A stretch of 64,000 bases of DNA from Botryllus schlosseri. Its lineage: Eukaryota. Shown piece after piece: positions 39,079 through 52,545 of the stretch (position 1 is the first letter of the stretch; each line of letters opens with the position of its first letter). The translations under genes and the position numbers were made by a program. The notes below the pieces were generated by a model. That model was not told the DNA's origin, did no database searches, and saw only the letters and a list, made by a program, of their open reading frames with translations. The stretch spans positions 1,552,001 to 1,616,000 of the forward strand of contig CM119371.1 of the NCBI GenBank assembly GCA_051294905.1, read 5' to 3'.

Positions 39079-42000
39079 GTGTAACATGTTTACTTTGAAT
39101 ATTGTTCATTGGTTTATCAATTCAGAGTTGATATCCGGATCCGGTTACATACTTTATCAGGGTTTCCGATTTCAAACTGAATGTCGAGACATACATGACC
39201 AATAAAGACACAATATAGTAAACACGCGGGGGAAATCTCGACCTGGAATTGTTATCGCGGTGGGTGACATAAATCCAACCGTTTTCCGAACACCGTTATC
39301 CACATACCAACCATCGTCAAGGAGGTGTTTTATTCAGACATTTTGACTCTGGAAAATCCAAAGCACGAACCCGGACATCACAGAACTATCGAAGCCTATT
39401 GTCCAATTTTCCAAAAACATAAACGTCGATGTACAACAGTACATTGCATGTGGGTAACCGATGATTCTGATGGGTTGCATCAGCACAAGTGAATATGCGA
39501 TTACACAAATGTATTGGAGTTGTTGTTGGTGTATATTTTGTCGCTATCCGTTGTAACAATATACAAAAATATCAAATTGTCAGGTGTGTTTGTCAGATTT
39601 CAAAATGAAAATGGTTTTGTTACTCTAGGAAAAGCTAGATGACCAAGAGAAAATGTGTTGTTACACTGGGTAAACGCCAGATCTCCAAAGGAAAATGATA
39701 TTTTTACTCAGGTAAACGACGGACCGCCAAGTGAAAATGGTTTGCTGTTCAGGGGAAAAAAAATATATTCACAAGTGAAAAAGGCTTGTTGCTCGAGGAA
39801 AAAATATATTTCCAAGTGAAAATGGGTTGTTACCCGAGGAAAAAATATATTTCCAAGTGAAAAAGGTTTGTTACCCGAGGAAAAAATATATTTTCAAGTG
39901 AAAAAGGTTTGCTCCCCAGGGAAAAAAATATGTTTCCAAGCGAAAAAGGTTTGTTACCCGAGGAAAAAAGATATTTCCAAGTGAAAAAGATTTGTTACCC
40001 ACGGAAAAAAAAATAGATTCCCAAAGGAAAGGGGGGTTTGTTACTCTGGGAAACGATGGAACCCCAAGTGAAAATGTTTTGTTACTCTGATTAAACGATA
40101 AATCTCCAAAGAATAATGGTATTTTTACTCAGGTAACGGCTGACCTCCAGGTGAAAATGGAAATTTTACTTGGGTAGGTATCGTATGTTTAGTGTCGTTG
40201 GTGTTGTTAAACGTTGTCGCCGGTAGCCGTTGGTATACTATTACGAGTGTGAAAAGGATTTACACGTCCTGTGCAAAGTATCGCGATAGTGAACATATTT
40301 TTCGCGTGATGAAACAAGATCGCTGTTTAAATTTTAATGCATTTCGACTACCGAGTTGCTGTACAATAGAGATGACTCTACATTAGACCGTACTGTGTAC
40401 TTCGATTAAAACCACAAGACCACATGTAAATCTATTCGCACAGCTCGATGATGTTGATATAGTGTTACTTGAACTAATTATTACCTATTTACACAACATA
40501 AAATAACAATTCATGTCGTAGTAAGTAAGTTTCTTGAACTCGTGCTTGATGAAAACCAATGGCGACAAGTAGGTTTTTGTGTTTGAGTGAAAAATAATTA
40601 TTTAGAGTAGTGACATTTTGCGGTCAACGAATACAAATCGATCATGATATTACAATATACGTCTTCGTCAACATAACGACTTGGTGTAGAAATACTTTCA
40701 CGTTTTTTGAATAACTGGATTCTCGAGACTTGTTACTTGTACGATGTACCATTGGTGACTATAACGGCCATTTTGTATGATAGTATGTTTTAGTTGTATT
40801 GTTGTGAGGACAACCATGTGATGACTCAGCACTTTTCGTTAGCAAAGCAGATTGATTTGTGTGTAAGATGTAAGCACCGTAACTAGAAAACATATGTACT
40901 CTGTTGTTGGAGTAGCTGATTTATTGCTATGACATGGACATATCCTGAAGCCTTGGTTTGTTGTCTTACGAAAGATGAGGCGACCTCGGTGTCGTAAATT
41001 GTGTTAACTAAATCGGATGGATACCACAATTGTGCTGGACTTACACATGGTATTCGCATACTGTGCACATACAAACTTTTGTGTAAACAACTCTGATGTT
41101 TCTGTTCGTACTAGTTCTGTGTTGAACTATTTGATTATTAAGATACATGAACACCCATTCAGACAATAAAGTTCTTGTGATATCGAAACAGTTTGAAAGC
41201 ACCACCAATCATTGTACAGGTTTGTAGCATGGGAATATTTTCATGTGTCATAAATATCTTTCGTATACACTTAGTATGAAATGAGATGTGTGGAACAATA
41301 ATTAGTGTCGTACAAAGTGTTGTGTTTGATTGCCTACTTTTTATCAATGTCTTTGTGATGTTAAAAGACGGTTGAGTTTTCATTTACATTAAGCGGGGAA
41401 ACTCAAGTAATAAATTTTACTCGTTTGAAAATATCGATCAATGGAGTAATAGTATCAATATGAGTGGTATATTTTTTTTTCGCGATATGCAACCATTCTT
41501 CTAAGCATAACTTGTCAAAAATTTATCATGTCATAGTCGGTTGTTACGAATTCGAAAGAAATGTACTTCGATTATCACGACGATGGAAATTAAGATCAAC
41601 GCAGTATTTCGGAGATGGATGTGTATCGTCTGGTATGTTCCCCAATCACTGAATGTCGGTTAGTTAAACGATACATTTACAAGTTTACCGAAATCTTGAT
41701 TTACAAATAACAGCTTGATGATGTAAAGCTCAACCACGCAAATGTGTTCATTGCAAAGTATTTGCCACAAACAAAATATCGAATGGAGACCATCACATTG
41801 GTTTCATTTCAAGTGAGTGAAAATTGTTTTCTGTTGGCCAGGTAGGACACATTTGACAAACATCGTACACATTGTATCTTCGTGATGGTAGCGACTTTCA
41901 GCGGCTTGGTTTCATGTCAGGAATTATTATTTGAGGGTTCAAGAACAATTTCAATCAATACTACAAATGAACAACAATGCAAAACACGTTTAGCAAATAA

Positions 42001-45000
42001 CAGTGTAGCAAGTACTTTTTTGATATTACGATTGTTGTGCACCAGACATTTCTAACTGAATTGGATGCATCTAACAAACATATCACAATTTACTTTTGTA
42101 ATGATCTAAGTCTTAGAGTGTATAACCTCGCGATATTTTACATTTAGCACGCACAATGGTGAGTTACTGAAATGATTAAGAATTGATCGCTAGCTTCGAA
42201 CGGTACTCGATACTCAAAGTGATATTTTCACACTCTGTAAAGTGCATATGTTTCAATTCTCTGTCACAAATTCCGACAATAAATCGTTGGATTCAATAGT
42301 AACGATACTGTGATATACTGATTCTACACTTAGTCGTTTCAATTACCCGTTGGGAATCGGGATAATAAAGCATTTTGTATCGGAGGTTTAATGTATGAAT
42401 ACTGGAATTATTACATTTTTAGTGCTGTTTATCGCAAACGATAGATTTTAATAATTGTACTGATTGTTGAATGTAATAATACCGATATTGTCGTTTCATC
42501 TTTAGTCTTGGTTACTGGAAATATTTTCTGATATCCGCGATACGCAGAGTGATTTTTACCAAGGTGGAGTAATTTTCCTATCAAGAACATTTCAGACACA
42601 CATAGTTTTACAGCTTAATATGTTAATAACATTGGTACTGAAAAGTTTGTTGCTGTCATAACATTTACCACAACGCCGGGTCTAATTAACGCAAATAATT
42701 TAATAATAAAGTAATGATCAACTATTACAAAATCTCATATGTCAAATCAATGTGTCAATCCTTATGTTCACAGCATGATAACTTTGAATATAACACCATC
42801 GTTCGATTGTAAGAAATGAATTCTCAACTACGTTGGTCAGACTTTCAAATCTCGTATACTCAAACATATTATGTTAATCTCAAGTCGCCGACACTGAGAA
42901 GTAATTACTTTTGTCTTACAAAATATACCGAGTAGTAATTAGTTTGTCTTGCAGAATATACCGCGTAGTAATTCCTCTATCTTACAGAATAGTGACGACT
43001 TTTCAAGTTGAATAAAAAAAGATGTGTATGGATATGAATACAACCAAGCTTGTTATGAATTTTAGGTTTTAGTGATTGTATGGATTCGTGTATGTTTGGC
43101 TGTTTTTCATACTGATACTGTTTGAGTTGGTCGGGTAAGTTACAAACGGATTTACTTGACAATGTTTTCGTGGTTGACTCTTTGAATATGGTAAGATGGT
43201 GAGATGTCGAGACGTAATACTATTTCCGTACACTCAATTACAACAAAACATAACCCGCATTCAAATAAGCCGTAAGCTACAAGTGGATTTAAAACTTGAT
43301 GCTGTTTTGTGGTTAACTCAAGTCAGTAGTCATGTTTGTGTTGATTTCAGGAATGATCATGACGAGTTGGTCGGGTAAATTAGGTAATGTGGTAGTAACT
43401 ATGACCTTACCGAGTTGCTGACATTCAAATATCTTTTACGCTGTAATATACGGATTTAATTGTGATAAATTATTAGTCAGTTATTGTTCAGACATTCAAA
43501 TCTCGTATACTCAAAATATAATATGTTCAAGTCAAATCGTATATGCACCGATTAGTAAATACTTTGTCTTCAGAATAGTAACGACCTTTACAATCGAATA
43601 AAAAAAAGACCGATCATACGAGTACAACCAGGATGAATTATTTCAAATTTATGAGTTGTAGTGATATAATCAAGTAAGTGAAACTAGATTTTTAACAATT
43701 GTTAATGTTGTGAATAATTCTTTTGAGTATGGTACGATATTGAAATATCTCTTTGACAAACGGAAAGCAGGATCGTGAATAGAGTTGTAAGTTTCAAGGA
43801 TTGTTTCAAAGTATGATCTTGGAATGTGACTGGATCAAAGTTGGTAGTCATGTTTGTCAATATATTTCAATTCAGATTATGTCAAAGTCCAAATATTTCA
43901 TTTTGGATTATCTGGATTTACCTTTAGTACATCCCGCGAATGGATTCCGACACCGCGCTATAACATTTTTGATAATAAGGACTCGAGGCTTTTCATGATA
44001 GAGTTGACGAGTGATAAGATGCGTGTTTTTGTTAAGAGTTTGATTTCGTGTTGAGAAAGACAATAACTGTATAATACACATACTTGTGATTCTTGATTCT
44101 TGTAGAATTATAGTTGGTATTGATTCTATAAGTGTGAAAACAGCGTCGTGGAATGTGCGAATAATTCGATGTGGCTGAAAGTCGGCGTCAGTAATATTCA
44201 GGTTACGGTCGAATCAAAAGATCACGAAAAGATTTCTCAAAATAATTAGAATTGTACCGAATTAACACATTCAGATACGAATCAACTTGAGCTGTGTAGT
44301 AAGTTTCATTTCGAGTTGACAAATTGACACATTGGTTGAATATTCTTATCACGCAACTAAAGTCCACCACGTTCGAAGTGTAAAAACATATAGCAAGCAC
44401 CAGAAAGCGTCAAATAGTTGGTTTTCGAATCACCGTCTACGCCGGTTCTATGGTAAACTAATTACCGAAATATTACCTAAAACTAGATTTTTAACAATTG
44501 GTAATGTTGTGAGTAATTCTTTTGAGTATGGTAAGATGTTAAAATGTCTCTTTGACAAACGGAAAGCTGGATCGGGAATAGAGTTGTAATGTTACATTAC
44601 TTGTTTCAAATCAGTGTGTGTATAATATCGAAACGGGACTGTGGGGGAAGTTGCTAGTCATGTTTGTCAATCCTATTTCAATGCGCACTACGCCAAAGTC
44701 GAAATAATCGGTTTCGGATTAGGATTTTACAATTATTTCACACCTTTTTGAATAAGCGTCAACTTCACAGAGGATTAGGGTTGGGTCAGAAATAAGTGAA
44801 AATTTGTCGGTATTCGAATCACCGGCTACGCCGGCTCTGTGGTAAACTAATTACTAAAGTAACACCATGCGACTGATTCCTAGATTTAGCAAACTATTTC
44901 ACACTGACTGATCTAGTGTAATAATCGATAGTAGCACACGACTGCACGGAAACAATTCCGCACGCAGGTCATTCGAAATATAGGTCGCACTGCTTAATCC

Positions 45001-45538
45001 TCTTGCAAGCCACGTTTCCGTTTGTGCGGTTATTGTTGGTGACTCGTACATATTCAACACCGCGCGAGAGATGCCTGAAAGTGCGAATCACGACCGCATC
45101 CATAAGAACACATGGCGAATCACCACAGATCCCGTAAGAATACACGACAGGCGAATCACCGCCACAGCCTATACGCGAAAGTACGACGTGCGAGAGATGC
45201 CTGAAAGTGCGAATCACGACCGCACCCATAAGAACACATGGCGAATCACCGCCACCACCTATAGCAAAAAAGACGAGTCACGACCACGAGTTTTCACGGC
45301 GAATCACGACCGCGGCCTATAGCAAAAAAGGCGAGTCACCACCCCGGGTTTTCAGACACCTCACCGCCGCAGCCTATACCCGAAAAGGCGAATCACGACC
45401 GCACCCATAAGAACACATGGCGAATCGCGGCCCAGAGGGGGGTCTAAAAAGGCGAATCGCCACCCCGGGTTTCCAGGCGAATTGCCACCCCGCCCATAAG
45501 AGCCCCATGGCCGCATGCGAGCGATCGACTATACTACT
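38858..45538 (-). repeat. Right arm of the giant inverted repeat (6681 bp)
   Basis: Begins GACTCAGAGTCATTGC, the reverse complement of GCAATGACTCTGAGTC ending at 37936. The length difference is explained by a 4-bp indel plus two compensating 1-bp homopolymer indels. Confidence 0.95.
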
Positions 45539-48500
45539 CATGTATTTTTACTGTCATTGAAGAACTTCAACCTGCCACTTTTCGAATTTTTGTTACCGTC
45601 CCATTTCAATGGTATTATCATATTGTGAACGTACTTTTTCAACTTGATTTGACGGTTGTTGCTTTGAATCAATGCTGTGCTTTTTTCTACTTCACTGCAA
45701 TTTGTGATGTAGGCCTATCGCTATGTCTTGTTGCATGATTATTTTCAAAACTTGCCAACCTCTGTATTTCTGATACATTTGTGTATGTGTAATGCGGTGC
45801 ATGTCTTGTTTTCATATTCTCATTAGCAGAATTCTGGGTAATTGCTTCGACCTATCTTCATTTTTGAACACTTGCCCATGTGTCGTATTCTGTAATCCTC
45901 CCAGTGTGCATGCTTCTTCACCTTGATTGTTTGACAGTTGTTGCTTTGACTTTTTGCTGTGCTTTTGCTGCAATTTGTACTATTGCCTATAATGATTTTC
46001 AAAACTTGCCAACCTCTGGTGTTTCTGATATCGTTGTGTATGTGTAATGCGGTGCGTGTCTTGTTTTTATTCTCATTGACGAAATTGAAGGTAATTGCTT
46101 TGAACTTTATTTTTATTTTTCAACACTAGCCCATGTGTGGTATTCTTCCCAGTGTACATACTTCGTTAGTCGTCTTATTCTTAGCCCAATATTCTTAGCC
46201 CAATTGATTAACTGATCCAACGACTGCTTGTGATATTTTTGAGTACACCTGCTGCTTTATTGTATCTCTTCAACTTGAGTGAGTGATTGATTTTGACGTG
46301 ATTTACGGCCGTTGTTAATTTTACTCGTTGCTGCTTAGTTTTTATTGCTGACAATTTGATAATATAAGCTTTTTGCCTGAAAATTAATCTTGTTTAAGTG
46401 TATTTGTGCGTCGCCTAACCTGTGGTAAGGAAATATGCAGGTCCAGGAGCTAGCTAGTATTCAGAGGGTTGATCAGTGGATAGTCTATGGATATCGGTCC
46501 CAACCGGACTTTGTCCCTACAGTGGCCAGGAAGTGACTCAGAAATGACTTGATGGATGGTCAGTGGTCACCCACTGGATACCACCAGGAGTCGACACGCT
46601 CGGTGCAACCGGATAGCGGTAGGATGACTCTGTGCCAAATGACAAGTTATCCGACGGGTATCCGCTTGCCGTAATGTGTTTGCTGGGTGGTCATAGAAGC
46701 AAGAAAAATCGTTGGCTCGAAGTACAGCGACCGTCATTCTACAGTATAATATCAAGGTCATGAAATATCTTGGTAATGAAAGTTTTAAACTCGGTAAGTA
46801 GGCCATACCTTTCAACACTTTACTGAAGTCAACTGTACTAAAGATAACATAACATAACATAACATTGTTGGGTTATTATTTTTATCTGAACAAGTCACAC
46901 ACAATGTACAATGCGATAAGACACAATGCGATGTCATGAACAGATAGGAGGATATCGTACGACACGCATCAGTAGAGAATAGAGAAAGATCACTAGATCA
47001 TGATGGAATATGGAGAATCCTACATAATTGACATCACAATGAATTTCATATACTACACTACATTCATTTTCAACAAAATTTTCAATTTTATATTTTTTGG
47101 GTTTTTTTGAAACATTTAATTTCTATCATAATCCATCACACAAAACGTAAAGACAGCACAAAGTACACACTGCACAGTGCACAGTGCACATCTAAGAATA
47201 TAACAATTTTTTTCATTTTTCCATATTTATGATTTTTATGTAATTTTTATTATAATCAATTATTTTAGAGGTGTAAGACGATGGTATATGTTTATTTTAT
47301 CCCGCGGGTCGATCCCAACTTGCGAGTAAATCCTTATAATAGCAAAAAATTCAACAGGATGACGGCTTGGACTCTACTGTAGTCAAACAGCCTTCGCATT
47401 CAAATCCATTCAACCCTCAGTAATTTGTGCCGTAAAATATTCCTCTTCGAAAATATATAGGTTCGACCTGACATTTATTGCATTTCCATTGTTTTCGTCG
47501 ATTTGTGAAGCTTTATGCAACTGTTTTGGTTACTTAATTGTAAAATGCATATTAGAAATAGTTTCGTGAAATTGCATCGATTGAACATGAAATAGTCAGT
47601 TTGAATTCTAAAACGAATAGTAGTAATTCTGCTCTGCACGTCTCAATTTTGTTGATGACGATTGGCTCTTGTACACGAGTAACAATGTTGCATCTACTGC
47701 CTTTTCAGAAACTCCCTGAAAAACAAATATCTCTGAATAAATCACTATCCCAGTTAATCAATTACGTCAGCAAACTATTCGAACTATAAGCAGAAAATTA
47801 ACTGTTCACACGGGTATGTCATAACAATGCACAAAATAGAATTCGACTTGCTGTAGAGTACCTGGGATCAGAGTCGGATAAATCGTAGGGATTGAATCTA
47901 CAGGACGATTCGGCATTTAAATTTTCGCGAGACGATTCTCACGTATCGTCGGCACACAATCCAATACACGGTAACATATTTAGTCGGTACACGAATTTCA
48001 TGAAAATAAACCTGCAGACAACACATCGTATCGCGGGAGCGGTATTGGCTGTGACGGTGTACTTGCTAGAGGACTTTGTTAACATTTCGATGAGAGAAAT
48101 TGCGGTGCTGTTAACAATATCGAGTATCAATGACACTCGAAAAGTAGCTATCGGCTTGTTTTATGGAAAGCCTAAAATATTAGTGACGATAAGCGTACTT
48201 CTGCCAGAATTGGATAATTAGATAATTCTAGTTGTCTAATTAGACTAATTAGAGCAAATGCCGGTAATATAACTTGAATCTATTTTGTGAAATGATTCTC
48301 TGCACTAATTCTAATCAAATTGGTAAATAATTTATATTTTCTCATTTTAATTCAAACCCTATCTCTGGTTTTCCTGTGAATGCTACTGAGAGAATTATGT
48401 AGTGCGAAACGAGCCAAGCTTTTTGGACAGACATTTGCTATTATCATGTTGATTTGATAGTAACGGAACTGGATTCAATGACCTAGTTTTTTGCGGACTC

Positions 48501-51500
48501 AGTAATTCCAATCCCAATCTAATTTGGAAAAATGTGCAGCTATACTACAGTTTTAATCTATTTTTAAAAAAGTAAAGCGATAATTATAATTCTACCATAA
48601 GTTGGAAATAACTGTGTAGCGTCAATTCTAATTCTACTGTATGTTGAAAGAAAATTTAACTGTAATTGTAATACTTATCAATTTGGCAAAAGCAGGAAAT
48701 CTTATAGATGACCGAGTCTGACTGGAAATAAATGTGAAATCTTGTCGATTTGCAGCACAACTATTGAGCAGATTCAAGACGAAGTTTACGAAAAATTTGT
48801 AAGTTGTCACTTGCGATTACCTAAGAAAAGTATTCGACAACCAGTCCAGTAATAATATTTGAAATGCACATACTCCAGTACTTTTCAAACTTTCATTTAC
48901 ACTATTGCTACATGCACCCGAGTAAAAAATGAACGGGATCACTCCAACTTCTGTTCGAGTTTAATCAATGACTATTTCGATAGTCTCTTTGAAAATTTTG
49001 TGACAACATATTACGACCAATAACTCTATTTATATCACCCCCAGCAGCTAAACAATCCGTTCGCATTAATTCTCGACCTACGCCGCATTGACATATAAAT
49101 TCTTCGAGTATCTCATCAAATCTCAATTTCATAATACAACAAATATTTCTCCCAATAAAATGAAATCTGTGTGGTCTGAATGCAGCAAGTAATCATGAAT
49201 TGAAGTGACGCATTACTGCCGAAGATCAACTTTAGTATATATTGACAGAGGTGGTCAGCAACCAACTAACTCCACTTTTTCAAAGTATAAAAGTACGTTT
49301 TGTCCACTTACACTACTTACTTGAGTAGTTATTAGTTCAGCCTACTTTTACTTCTATTTGACAACTTTTATTTTTTTCAGCAAAACTAGGAGTGACGTGA
49401 AAAGTATGTTGCGACCGCTATTATATTCTTGCAGAATAAACGATGTCTTTTTTCCACAAAGCTATGTTCGATGCTCTGCGTGTCAACGTTATGACGTCAC
49501 TATGCGACATCACATCAGTTAATATTGTATATTAATTTAATTAATACACAATTTGCGTCACAATATTTCGAAGCTGTTGTTTGAAACCGGATGTGCATTC
49601 GAATGGATCGACGATGTAATGGAAGAATAAATCTCAACTCTCATTTTAGAACGGTCACACTTCGCAACATATACTCACCTCATATAAAATTGATCGTCGA
49701 GTCGCTTCCAGGCATCATTTTCTCGGTACACTGAAATAAGAAATAAGTTATATAGCTGAAAATGCTTGTTAGCAAAAGATGCATGCATCCTATGAATTGT
49801 GCTCTGGTGCTAAGCCTATTGCGTAATATCTGAAACAGTCATCACGCTCAAAGAGAGTTGAAATCATCAAAAATATAAATGAAATGTTTCCTATAATACA
49901 CGGTGGTTTGGTTATGGTAATTAAGCGTACCGAACTTGCGCTTATCTACTATTTTAACTCCGAATCCTATTCCTGATGATACATTCAAATCCAAGTACAA
50001 ATCCATATTTTATTTTGTCTCGCGCCCATATTCACGTCCAATCCGGTAATGGCTGAAACTTGATCAAAAAGTGCATGAGAGAGATGCATAGAGTGGACTC
50101 CTAAAATCGTGAAAAGATTTGTTATAGTTCCAGTTAAAAAGTGGTGGCTTTCAAGGGGAACATTGCTGCGGCCAAAATGTATTTCACACTCTCCACTTTC
50201 ATTTCAGACAACATTATATTTAGAGCGCAGTGTCGTTTTAATGTGTTATAGTTATGTCAGTGGGCAGTGAAATGAGAAATTACACACAATATGATGCCCC
50301 GGCAATAGAATGCATATTACGTATATATAATCCAATTAGATATGCAAATGAGTGAAAGTAACTTTAATCCATTTCTAATTATTTACGTAATGTTAATCTA
50401 TTCCAATCACTAAATTTATATTCGATTTATATTGGCACCTGTTCCACGTTCTGTGAGATACTTTCACAAAACGAATATGAACTCGCATATTTGTTTCCGT
50501 ATCAAAGGTAAATCGAACAAAGAAATCACGAATGCTATTTCAATAATGAGAGTACTTGATTAAGTTGGACAAAACGATTTCCGAATTAATGCAATGTTGT
50601 TGATTATAATTCAGTTCTACCGAAAAGAATGCACAATGCACATGAATGATGAAATGATTCGTATCAGCGCCAATATAAAAAGTGGGATGCTGTAGGACAT
50701 AAAACCACGAATCATGCAGAGAGGTGGTCAGTAACAGAGTAACTCTACTTTATCAGACTAGTCAAGTATTGCTGTCTACTTGCATTGCTTAATCAAGGGG
50801 TTGTCATTTTAGACTACTTCTGTTTCTACTTCTTGCCACAGTTGTTATTGAAAACTACAGACTTTATACTATATTGATTTTAAAAAGTATCAAGCTGTTC
50901 CTAGCTCCGTATTCGTCATCGTTTTCAATGAAATTCTTATAGGAGCCGCCTCAAATAGCCCATGTATCACGGTCACTGCATGAACATATTTTTAAAGATT
51001 CCACTCACTGGCAGTGTTATTAGGCATTTTGCATTAGTCGCGAAGACATATCTTGCAATTTCGAAAGTAGATATCTCCTATAAACTGCTAAAAGTATGCG
51101 GCCCTTCGACCAAATCTACTTTTTGAAACAACTTATTCCACTACATTTCAGACTAATACATTTTCTACTTCCACCTCAAGTTAATTTGTTATTTCTTGGA
51201 AATTGCTACTTCTACTTGTACATCAACAGCAGCTTAATGTGCTATTTATCGTTCTACTTGAGTCCTAACTCTGACTACTTTTACCTCCTCTAATCGTTCA
51301 CGGTCTCGTTTTAACAACTCTCAGAACCGATCAGAGTCTGATTGGTCACCAGATGTCGTAAATAAGCTGCATGAAGTATTAAATTTGTTCCAAAGTTATA
51401 AAAGTATATGAAAGTGGTTTACAAGTTTCTTTGACTTATCGTCTCCTTATCAGGCTCCATATATCTTTATCACGCCCCATAATGGTAGAAGTACTATCAG

Positions 51501-52545
51501 CAGCGAAGTACTTGTGCTTTTCTGTAGTACTTATTATTATATACTTGTTTCGCTTACTCAAGTAGTTTTGTTCGTATACTACCTCTACGTCAACAATTTT
51601 TTATGGTGAATACTAATAATTTATGCATATTTGACATTGTCAAGTGAAGTAGATTTTGACGCACTTCAACGATGCCTTGCTTCGAAATTGATATGCAAGC
51701 TCACAATCGGCTACGTGTGAGAGATCATGCCTGATTTTCGTACAACTATTAATCGTATTAAGTATGGGATATCGAATGAAACTAAAATACATGAATACCG
51801 TGTGTTATCACGTAACCCTGATAACGACACTATGTCATGCATGAAACTAAAGGCTCTTGATTTTTAGCGTTAGTAACGAATTGGACCTGAATTGAGCATT
51901 TCATTCAAAGTAATTGTGCTTATTTAATATACCTAATAAAACGGATCTAAGATACGATGCAACTAAACCATGACTCACATTCTAAAACTTCCAACTCAGT
52001 ATCGAGATCATTTACAATCTTCTGGACTCTCTGCAATTCGTCTCCTTTCAACATATCATGTCCCCACTCGTATATCAATGTTACTTTCTTCAAATTGGAG
52101 TTGTTGATGAGAGACGAAATGTCAGCCAGTGGAACACGATACCGTAATATGCATCGGATATATTCGATCTGCTGTGAGAAATTATGACTCTTAATATTGT
52201 GTATTACAATGATTCTTACCACTATTGTTGACCATTTCACCAGAGGCCATCATGTATTACAATATACTTTGGATCACCAGTTTGGACGGTTTAGTCTGGC
52301 TCGCTAGGCGATTCCGAAAAAATGGCCGTATTATCTGGCACATTTCTAATATATGTTGAAATTTCTAGTAGGAAACATTTCCATTCTCTCAAGACAGAAA
52401 ATGTCGACCATTTTTGGTTCAGGTCAAATTATAACCATCCGACCGTGCTGTTGAAGTTACACTGTAGTCACCGTCAGCAACAAGTCACTGCCATTGACCA
52501 TAAGTCCTCTTTTCTGACTTTTATGAAAGTGTTCTAGATGCATGA

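Larger units (their letters stand above)
31252..45538. mobile_element. Non-autonomous Polinton/Maverick-ended element with ~6.7-kb inverted arms
   Basis: Termini AGTAGTATAGTCGATCGC...GCGATCGACTATACTACT; perfect 6-bp TSD CATGTA (31246-31251, 45539-45544); mirrored ORF pairs across the element; no ORF longer than ~106 aa. Confidence 0.85.
24480..46687 (+). mobile_element. CMC/EnSpm-like DNA transposon (~7.9 kb plus the 14.3-kb Polinton-like insertion)
   Basis: TIR CCCAGCAAACACAT (24480-24493) / ATGTGTTTGCTGGG (46674-46687), flanked by TG on both sides (2-bp TSD). GGATAT/GGATAG subterminal motifs at both ends; ~195-bp direct repeat at 24627/24822; ~253-bp direct repeat at 45741/45994. Confidence 0.75.

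Noticed and set aside
31252..45538. Fold-back read or assembly artefact
   Set aside because: Unique flanks with a perfect 6-bp TSD, an enclosing element with both ends, a 921-bp unique spacer and mostly transition-type arm differences argue against it. Not fully excluded without reads.
31252..45538. Autonomous Polinton or intact endogenous virus
   Set aside because: No long ORF and no recognisable pPolB, integrase, ATPase, protease or capsid motifs.
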